A DNA stretch of 42,958 nt from Macrostomum lignano. Lineage: Eukaryota. The stretch's first letter is position 1; every line of letters starts with the position of its first letter. Under the pieces are notes generated by a model. The model made no database searches. It was not told the origin of the DNA and was given only the letters and a program-made list of their open reading frames with translations. The translations under genes and the position numbers were made by a program. The stretch spans positions 1 through 42,958 of the forward strand of contig NIVC01004532.1 in NCBI GenBank assembly GCA_002269645.1, read 5' to 3'. Positions 11,276 to 20,800 of this stretch are shown piece by piece.

Positions 11276-13034
11276 TCAGCCTTCTTTCGCAAACATCTCA
11301 TTGTACTTTTGCACCATTCTCTTGACGCTGGTCAGAACAGGCATTGGTCCGGGCACGCAGTCGCGTATGATCTCGTCCAGATCAGTTGCGCTATCCGTAG
11401 CTGCGCCACTCGACCCAACAGACTCGTAGTCGAGGGCCTCGTCAAGCTCGGATTTCGCGTCGCTCTCGACCTGAGAGTTGACCACGTTTGCGGGCAGGAA
11501 GCTGAAACTGTGAGTGGCACTCGAATGATAGGTCAGATACGAATAGCCGTCCCTGGTGCCAACCAGCATGTCGTCTTGGCTGCTACTGCTGTCGCTGTAC
11601 AGGAAGAACCTGCTGGATTTGGCACCCCACGAGTTGGCGTGATTCTGCGATCGCGACCGTTGATGGGCGGCGGACCGTTTCGACGGCTGTTTATTGCGCT
11701 TTCGGCAGCAGCCGCCGCCGCCGCCACCGCCGCCGCCCCGCTTCTGCTGCCGCCTCGATATAAATTCGTTATAATCCTGCCGCGGAGCGCTGGCCAGCGG
11801 AGTGGCGCCTTCGCTGTCAGCGGTCGGCGTGGAAAATGATTGAGTGTGCGTGAGCGTCACCGGCTGGCCTTGCGTGACCGCGCTATCTTGCGGCGACGCC
11901 GCTCCCTCCGGCATATTGTCGGACACATCGGATCTCTCAATTGTCAGTGTCTCTTTTTCGCTGAACGCTGTCGCACCGTACTCCTGTGACGGTTGCATAG
12001 CAACCGGCGAGTACTGGCTTTCTGGCTTCATTTCTGAAGAGCCCACTGCCTCTTCGCCCGGCGAGTCCAGTTCCTGCATCTGCGATGGTCCGAATCGTTC
12101 GTCGGTGCCGCTTCCCGTTGACTGTTGCTGCACAGAGGCGACTTTGCCCGGCGAGTCCAGTTCCTGCGTCTGCGAAGGACCGAATCGTTCGTCGGTGCCG
12201 CTTCCCTTTGAGTGCTGCTGCACAGAGGCGACTTTGCCCGGGGTTGCTGACTCCTCGTCCGCTTGCACTCGGCCGGATCGACTTGGCCCGATGGGGAACA
12301 GCGCCTCCCGACCCAGCGAGGCCCGGCGCGGCTTGGCGGCTGTCGCCCTCGACATTGGTGACGCCACGATCCGCTTGGGACCGCCGGAGTCTTCGCTGTT
12401 CGCCTGCTGGCCAGTGGGGGTCGGCGGAAGCTCGCTGCTGTACACCTGCGCCAGGCCCTCCAAATGGTCGGAGGCCTCCTTGAGCAGGCCGACGATGTTG
12501 CCACCGCGGCCGCCGACGTTGTGACCAGCCGATTGCGAAGAGCCGCTGTCTTCAAACCCGCCACCGGCCTCGGAACCATTGGCGGCGCTCGTCTCGTAGC
12601 TGCGCAGGAAGCAGCTGCCGGCTTCGACCAGCTTCCTGACTGCGGTCGATTGGCCGCGGAAAAGGGATGCCACGGCCGAGTGATTGCTGACCAGCGTCAC
12701 CGACAGGGGCAGCCCGGCGATGCCGCTGTCCGGTACGGCTAGCGGCGGCAGCTCGGACAGGCCGGTCTTGAAGCTGGACGGCGCCCAGTCAACGAACTGA
12801 ACTCGGCCGCGCTCGCGCAGCGACAGCAGCGCCTGCTCGATGTCGGCTGTCTTGGCCGCGCCTCGGTAGATGAGCGCCCCGGCCATGTGCTTGCCCTGGC
12901 GCAGGTCCACATCCGCTAGCTGACCATCGGGCTCCATCAAAGCCGAAGTGATGCCGATGGCGCTCGAGCGCTCCTTGCCGACTGCCGAGGCTGCAGTAAA
13001 CGGCGCGCAGGCCACGATGGGGTGCTTCAGCTGC
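11276..13034 (-). CDS. Tubulin-like gene, last exon (C-terminal half of the fold plus ~380-aa tail)
   Basis: Acceptor CCCGCAG|G at 13035; QLKHPIVACAPF aligns to alpha-tubulin RIHFPLATYAPV; open to the stop at 11276. Confidence 0.9.
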
Positions 13035-15701
13035 CTGCGGGTTGGTTGGGAAGCCTCGGAATACCATTTGATCCTGAAACTGATGACTGTCCTGACATTC
13101 CTGACCATCCTGACCATCCTGACCATCCTGACCATCCTGAACATCCTGACCATCCTGAACATCCTGACCATCCTGACCATCCTGACCATCCTGACCATCC
13201 TGACCATCCTGACCATCCTGACCATCCTGACCATCCTGACCATCTTGACTATCCTGACCATCCTGACCATCCTGACCATCTTGACTATCCTGACCATCCT
13301 GACCATCCTGACCATCCTGACCATCCTGAACATCCTGACCATCCTGACCATCCTGACCATCCTGACCATCCTGACCATCCTGACCATCCTGACCATCCTG
13401 ACCATCCTGACCATCCTGACCATCCTGACCATCCTGACCATCTTGACTATCCTGACCATCCTGACCATCCTGACCATCCTGACCATCCTGACCATCCTGA
13501 CCATCCTGACCATCCTGACCATCCTGAACATCCTGACCATCCTGACCATCCTGACCATCCTGACCATCCTGACCATCCTGACCATCCTGACCATCCTGAC
13601 CATCCTGACCATCCTGACCATCCTGACCATCCTGAACATCCTGACCATCCTGACCATCCTGACCATCCTGACCATCCTGACCATCCTGACCATCCTGACC
13701 ATCCTGACTATCCTGACCATCCTGACCATCCTGACCATCTTGACTATCCTGACCATCCTGACCATCCTGACCATCCTGACCATCCTGACCATCCTGACCA
13801 TCCTGACCATCTTGACTATCCTGACCATCCTGACCATCCTGAACATCCTGACCATCCTGAACATCCTGAACATCCTGAACATCCTGACCATCCTGACCAT
13901 CCTGACCGTCCTAACCATCCTGACTATCCTGACCATCTTGACTATCCTGACCATCCTGACCATCCTGACCATCCTGACCGTCCTGACCATCCTGACTATC
14001 CTGACCAATTCTGACCATCCCATTCTGACCAATTCTGACCATCCTGACCATCCTGACCATCCTGACCATCCTGACCATCCTGACCATCCTGACCATCCTG
14101 ACCATCCTGACCATCCTGACTATCCTGACTGTCCTGACCATCCTGACCATCCTGACCATCCTGACCATCCTGACCGTCCTGACCATCCTGACCATCCTGA
14201 CCATCCTGACCATCCTGACCGTCCTGACCATCCTGACCATCCCATCCTGACCATCCTGACCATTGACTGACCATAACCATCCTGACCATCCTGACCATCC
14301 TCCTGACCATCCCATCCTGACCATCTTGACAGTCCTGACCATATTGACCATCCTGACCATCCTGACCATCCTGACCATCCTGACCATCCTGACCATCCTG
14401 ACCCATATTGACCATTCTGACCATCCTGAAAAGCCATCCTGAATTCCCTATTTGTCAAGTGACTGTCGCAGTACTTACTTAAACGGCAGTACATTGCTGC
14501 AAATGTTGGCAATGTTGCACATCATGGTGCCTGGAAATCTCTCCATCACGGTCAGGTTGCTGAAGCACATGGCGAGCATGCGATTCAGATGGGCAAAGGT
14601 GGCGCCACCGTACAGGCTGAGGCCGGACCTGCACAAATTGAACATGGCCGAGTTGGTGACGGAGAAGGACAACGAAGTGTAGTCCTTAGACTCGTATGAG
14701 TATAGCATCGAGTTGACAAGTTCGCAGGTGCTCTGCAGGCCGCTGTTGCCCGAGCTGACGCTCAGCTCAAGTACCTGCAGACGGGAATCGAACTCGGACC
14801 TTAGCTCCTCCAGGTAGGACACCGACAGGCCGCTGCCAGTGCCGCCGCCGGTGCTGTGAACAAGAAATGCGGTCGGCGTCACATCCGACTTCTCAGAGAG
14901 CCAGCGAAACCTTTCAACTGCTTCCGGCAGGAGGTTGCGGCGGAAGTCGCGCCGGCCGCGCATGTAGTTGAACCCAGAGTCCGCGCTGTCGCTGAGCAGC
15001 TGCCGGGTGCTGAACAACTCCCTGTAGGGCCCGACTCGAATCTCGTCTGCGGAAAAACAGGTCAGACTAATCAAGACATCAAAATCCGTTACTCAAATTC
15101 TGATTGGCTGTTTTTTAACTGGTCTGTCTGCCCTGTTGACACCCACCTCACTCCGCAAGCTACCCTCCGATTCTGATTGGCTGCCTTTTAACTGGTCTGT
15201 CTGCCCTGTTGACACCCACCTCACTCCGCAAGCTACCCCTCCGATTCTGATTGGCTGCCTTTTAACTGGTCTGTCTGCCCTGTTGACACCCACCTCACTC
15301 CGCAAACTACTTCTTCGATTCGGATTGGCCGCTTCCAAATTAGAGTTTCAACGATGAAGGAGAGACAGAAGCAGCTAACCTATAAAGCGTATGCTTACCA
15401 ATACACGTTGGATCCGTATCTAAAAAGATCGACCTGGGCATGAAATGGCCGTTCTGATTGCGTAGAAACATTGCGTCATAGAAACCGTTGCTAGGGCAGT
15501 CGGGCTTGGCTAGGCCGCTTTTTTGAACATTGTGCTCAAGACAGAGCAGCTCCCAAATCGCGTTGCCGATCTGTACTCCAGCCTGACCCACGTGGAGAGT
15601 CAGGAATGGCCGGGCCTGGGCGAACAGAACAAAACGAGTATACGAGCTATATGGTTTGTCTTATCTTAATTGACTGATTTTGCCTGAACTACCCTAAGCA
15701 T
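11276..15701 (-). CDS. Divergent alpha-tubulin-like protein with long C-terminal extension, ~850 aa; exons 15701-15693 (tentative), 15615-15399, 15046-14479, 13034-11276
   Basis: HVGQAGVQIGNAIWELLCLEH, PRSIFLDTDP, GGGTGSG signature (14829-14849), GKHMAGALIYRG, alpha-type QFVDWAP. GT-AG junctions join in frame (217+568+1759 nt). The start exon is uncertain. Confidence 0.9.
12058..12241 (-). repeat. Coding 90-bp (30-aa) tandem duplication in the tubulin tail
   Basis: PGKVASVQQ(H/Q)S(K/T)GSGTDERFGPSQ(T/M)QELDS occurs twice. Confidence 0.9.
13091..14430. repeat. 9-bp microsatellite (TCCTGACCA)n filling tubulin intron 3
   Basis: About 145 tandem units; source of the MVR/ILT/DHP/GQD/WSG pseudo-ORFs. 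Confidence 0.97.
14479..15046 (-). CDS. Tubulin-like gene, exon 3
   Basis: Acceptor TTTTTCCGCAG, donor AA|GTAAGT; DEIRVGPYRELF...HSTGGGTGSG...SNVLPFK. Confidence 0.92.
15098..15325. repeat. ~73-bp minisatellite, ~3 copies, in tubulin intron 2
   Basis: TTCTGATTGGCTG...recurs at 15098, 15171 and 15245. Confidence 0.9.
15399..15615 (-). CDS. Tubulin-like gene, exon 2
   Basis: Acceptor GCCCAG, donor G|GTAAGC; ARPFLTLHVGQAGVQIGNAIWELLCLEH...DPTCI. Confidence 0.88.
15693..15701 (-). CDS. Tentative start micro-exon (Met-Leu-Arg) of the tubulin-like gene
   Basis: ATG CTT AGG|GTAGTT gives a 77-nt phase-0 intron. Alpha-tubulin genes often have a tiny first coding exon. Not unique. Confidence 0.4.
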
Positions 15702-16124
15702 GTCTCCCGTTTTTGTATTACAGATCAGGGAACGATGGGCAATGCTTGTACGTTTTGCTGACTCTTCATGACAGGAACAAATGTAAACTTACATTCTCGT
15801 TGAAGGACATTTCCTTGTTGTTCCAATCTTCTGTTAGCTCAAGCAAACTTGGCCGACTTATGCTGTTTCTCCTAACAGCAGAATCAATGAGCAACGCAGA
15901 ACTGCTGCGCAGACCCTGGTAGAGAATTGCTGAAATTTCGCTCTGCCTTTGAGGCCATAGACATATCGTATGCCTGTCTTTTAATAAACAAAACAATTGT
16001 GCGATGCTTTCTAGTGACACATTTTTTAGAAATGCACTCTTAAGTACGCGAGCACAGAGCAGCACTCACTATATATACGTTTGGAAAGATTTGCTACGAG
16101 AAATCTGACGAGACAAAGGATTAG

Positions 16125-16750
16125 TTAAACAGTCAGAAAGACACTCAGGTAGCCAGGCAGACTGACAGGTTTAACAGTCATAGAGACACTCAGGTAGCCA
16201 GGCAGACTGACAGGTCTAACAGTCATAGAGACACTCAGGTAGCCAGGCAGACTGACAGGTCTAACAGTCATAGAGACACTCAGGTAGCCAGGCAGACTCA
16301 CAGGTTTAACAGTCATAGACACTCAGATGGACAGGCAGACTGACAGGTTTAACAGTCATAGACACTCAGATGGACAGGCAGACTGACAGGTTTAACAGTC
16401 ATAGAGACACTCAGGTAGCCAGGCAGACTGACAGGCTTAACAGTCATAGAGACACTCAGGTGGACAGGCAGACTGACAGGCTTAACAGTCATAGAGACAC
16501 TCAGGTGGACAGGCAGACTGACAGGTTTAACAGTCATAGAGACACTCAGGTAGCCAGGCAGACTGACAGGCTTAACAGTCATAGAGACACTCAGGTGGAC
16601 AGGCAGACTGACAGGCTTAACAGTCATAGAGACACTCAGGTGGACAGGCAGACTGACAGGTTTAACAGTCATAGAGACACTCAGGTAGCCAGGCAGACTG
16701 ACAGGCTTAACAGTCATAGAGGCACTCAGGTGCACAGGCAGACTGACAGC
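16125..16750. repeat. 45-bp minisatellite upstream of the tubulin gene
   Basis: AACAGTCATAGAGACACTCAGGT(A/G)G(C/A)CAGGCAGACTGACAGG units, ~14 copies. Confidence 0.95.
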
Positions 16751-17747
16751 TGGTCAAACAATCTGAAAGACAGTCGGTGAGCGATAATCGAGCGTTTTTT
16801 AGTATGAGCATTTCCCAATATTCACATAGCAGAAAGAATATTCAATACCTGTTTAGAAATTTTCAAATCACAAGCACCTATCGGAACTCAGAGACAGCAG
16901 ACAATATTGAAAAAATGTAGCAATTAGCACATAGGTCATAGGCCTAGTCATCACCCATCAGTATTTTTGCATTTTTGTAAGAATACCATACTGGCATACT
17001 TATCATTTAAGTATAAATCTTGCGTATACCATTTGCAAGTTACTCGGTAACGGAAGTGCCCAACACTGATTAGCAGTCATGTATTAATTAGCCGACTACA
17101 TAATTATTAGCTCGTTAAAAATTGCATTTATTTAAGTTAAATAATTTAATTTAAATCTGGCCAGAGAAACGGTAGCTGTGGGTAGAACAATTTTGCCAGA
17201 TACTTTATAGATAAATTTAATTACTAATGCAACTTTTGAAAACTTTTACGGTACCTCAGGGCGCAGAGCTTTCTATTTAAAAAAAATTCTGTTGCATTTC
17301 TGAGTTACTGCTGACTGCATGCAGACATTGGCAAGCGCTAAACTACAGTAAAACAATCTGAAACTAAAATTGTTACAGGTACAGTTGAATAAGAGTATTT
17401 GGGTTTGCAGTTTCAGGAGGCTTGGAAAAGCGGAAGCAGAGTCGAGCGCCATTATTACTTAATTATAAATGTATACGCGTGCATACTAGTACGGTCATTG
17501 AGATTGCTGTAGTGGCTACTTGTAGTAGTAGTGTTATTATTAAAAAGTAGACTGGTGCAAGGAGGCACGCGACCGCAGCTCCTGTTGCCCAGAGGTGAGA
17601 GAAATTGAGAAAGTTAAAAAAGGAGTGAAACAGAGCGACAGAGAAATTGATAAATTGAAAAAAAAGAAAACTGCTTGTAGTTTCGGATTGTCCTCGTTGC
17701 GAAGGTCATGCGCAGGATTTGAACCCGCGACCACCAGGCGGGGCTGC

Positions 17748-17830
17748 TTAATAGCCAGTGAGCTCGGCGAAGGTCTGGTCCAGCTCCTCGCTGATGCCTT
17801 TGTAGCGGTCCTTCTCCGAAAGCAGCTCGT
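17748..17830 (-). CDS. TPM: Tropomyosin terminal exon 9B ([27 protein letters not shown])
   Basis: 83 nt, acceptor CCGCAG, canonical invertebrate muscle C-terminus. Confidence 0.95.
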
Positions 17831-20800
17831 CTGCGGATTTGTCAACGAATTGAAATCCCATGCTGCTACTGTCAGTGCACTTACGAGTGCACTTACTGTG
17901 TACTTTTGTGACCACAATGTACTTTTCTAACCCACTGAATATAGATTTGTCCATACAGCACTGTACATTTTCAAAGCAATGTACATGCCTAGCCAAAATA
18001 GATATGTGAATTTCTAATGACTGTACATAATGTTACAGCAGTATACTTCTGCATTTGTGACACTCCTTGTAACTTTACATTGAAACGAACCGGATTTGCC
18101 AGCCCAGGGAAAGCCAAAAAACTGTGTAAAAACATGCAGGCCACGCTGTCAAAGGCGGCATGCAGAACAAAGCAAAGTCACTGAACGGCAGGGAGACAAA
18201 CACAAACATTTTCAGCATGCCAAACTCCTTTCACTGTTGAAAAACAAGCAGATTGCAGATTGACAATATTTTTAATATTTGAAATTGTTTATTTATTATA
18301 AACAGTTAGTAACGCGGAAAGGTTATAAGTAGTAATAATAATAATAATAATATTAATACGCAGGAATACAAACAGAGCGTGCAGCTGGCCGTTCTTGATT
18401 TTCCTAAAATTAAAATATTTCCTAACCGCTACTGACAGTAGCGAAAAGCGATAGAAACTGCGAAATTGTTTATAACTATAATAATAACTATAGCATAGGC
18501 TAATAACTAAAACTTATAACAAAAAGCTGGCTGATGAAGCTTAGCGGATCTGGAGGGGGTGGGGCAAACTTCCGAACTGAACATTTCGTTCAGCACTACT
18601 CAGAGACCGGCGACAGTAGTAAGATGAATACGTTGCTATTTTTATATTCATTCATTCATGTAAAAATTTATCAGTGCAGTTTTTTAGACTAGCAAGCAAA
18701 AAGCCTAGTTGCAAGAGAAAAAGCGCTCACTTGATCTATCTGGCATTAAATAGATGGCTAAGGTAATTAAATTGGATAGTATTGGTAGCACGGGCTAACA
18801 GCATAAACACCAGGCAGTTTTAGTAGACAAAAAAGGCAGAAGGCAGAAGCTAGCTATGCAATCAGAAATTTTATTAATAAACAATTCCAAACACGCTACT
18901 GCCAAAGCTATTATTACCTTAGGTAGTAGCAAAACAAGCGCGTATTGATTATGGGTTCGATTAATGAAAAAAACTTACTGCCTCGGAGAGACCGTAAAGA
19001 AACAATCCGTAACTAAGGTAAACACTCTCTGTTGCTAAGCGCCGTATCAGCGAAGCTCGAGCAGACCAAAAGTTCAAACTCGGTTGCAACAGGCCGTGCA
19101 ACAACAGCAAACTAACGAAAACCCGTGCAATGTTAATAAATATATAAATAAACTTGGGTGCCCAAGCAGCTGGGTCCACGGTTTCAGTGTTCTGTAACAG
19201 TAAACTCATTCTATTGCTACGGAGCTCTCTGGGTCTCCCATTCTCTTTTAGATCTTCTGGAACTCGCCAAGCATGCTGTCCATCTCCTGCTTGAGGCTGG
19301 CGTTGCGCTGCTTCTCCTCCAGGAGGCGCTCTGCGGAGCGAATGGGGGAAACGTTGACGCCACTCGGTCTGTGTCCCCTTCTCCTGTCTGTGTCCCCTTC
19401 TCCTGTCTGTCTCCCTTCTCCTGTCTGTGTCCCCCTTCTCCTGTCTGTGCCTCCTTCTCCTGTCTGTCTCCCTTCTCCTGTCTGTGTCCCCTTCTCCTGT
19501 CTGTGCCTCCTTCTCCCCCTGTCTCCCTTCTCCTCTGTGTCCCCCTTCTCCCCTCTGTGACCCCCTTCTCCCCTATGTGCCCCCCTTCTACACTGTGCCT
19601 TCTTCTACAACTGAATCTCAAATCTCTCCCTTGCATCTCACTTGTACTCCATCATCCCTACTGCAAACACAAACTGAGAATCAATAAGCAGTTGCTCACC
19701 CTCAGCCTTGTCGAGCTCCTTCTGGTGCTTAACAGACTCGCGCTCCGCTTTCTCAGCTCGGTCCTCAGCCTTACAAAAAGCGAGAACTTATTCATAAAAT
19801 TCACATGCGCTATTGCTAAACTCTGTTAATAGCCGGCATGCTTTGTTCTGGTCACGTCAAACTGAACTGAAAACCACACGGCAGACAAGACACGGACAGG
19901 CAAACAGATTTGGGGCTGACAAAATCAGAGCAATAGAACATCCGCGGCAAAAGGTCCGGTTCGTTTCTCGGCCGATGCTCATAGCGGAGAGGCCGCACCG
20001 CAGTGAGCAATGACAGATACTGTAACATACCCTCCAGCCTGTCCACTTCGCTTTGCAGCTTGGACACCTGCCTCTCGGCCTCCTGAGCGCGCTGCTCAGC
20101 CTGAGCTCACGATCGGGGGTGACGATTGTGTCCGGATTTAGTCAGAGAATTCAATGTACTTACTGTCTGCTCGAATTGCGTGTATTTTGCCTTAGCAACA
20201 TCCCAAAGTGCATACTTGTTAAATTATTCGTGTCCTAAGATAATATAGCTGTCTATGGGTGACTCTCAATCTGCCTATGGGTGATTCTCAATAGCTGTCT
20301 ATGGGTGATTCTCAATCTGCCTATAGGTGATTCTCAATAGCTGTCTATGGGTGATTCTCAATAGCTGTCTATGGGTGATTCTCAATCTGCCTATAGGTGA
20401 TTCTCAATAGCTGTCTATGGGTGATTCTCAATAGCTGTCTATGGGTGATTCTCAATAGCTGTCTATGAGTGATTCTCAATAGCTGTCTATGGGTGATTCT
20501 CAATAGCTGTCTATGGGTGATTCTCAATAGCTGTCTATGGGTGATTCTCAATCTGCCTATAGGTGATTCTCAATAGCTGTCTATGGGTGATTCTCAATAG
20601 CTGTCTATGGGTGATTCTCAATAGCTGTCTATGGGTGATTCTCAATAGCTGTCTATGAGTGATTCTCAATAGCTGTCTATGAGTGATTCTCAATAGCTGT
20701 CTATGGGTGATTCTCAATAGCTGTCTATGGGTGATTCTCAATAGCTGTCTATGGGTGATTCTCAATAGCTGTCTATGGGTGATTCTCAATAGCTGTCTAT

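Noticed and set aside
11237-13067. Plus-strand and alternative-frame ORFs overlapping the tubulin last exon
   Set aside because: Shadow ORFs of a GC-rich exon with no recognisable motifs.
11276-14032. 918-aa ORF beginning with (MVR)n
   Set aside because: The first ~330 codons are the intronic 9-bp repeat, which is stop-free in 5 of 6 frames. The true exon starts at the acceptor at 13034, and read-through of the exon 3 donor hits TAA immediately.
12948-14512. (ILT)n, (DHP)n, (GQD)n and (WSG)n ORFs resembling collagen or His-rich proteins
   Set aside because: Translations of the same microsatellite; no splice or codon support.
17700-17735. T-arm-like hairpin GCGGGTTCAAATCCTGC in the tropomyosin 3' UTR (minus strand)
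   Set aside because: No A box, D arm or acceptor stem; too short to call a tRNA or SINE.
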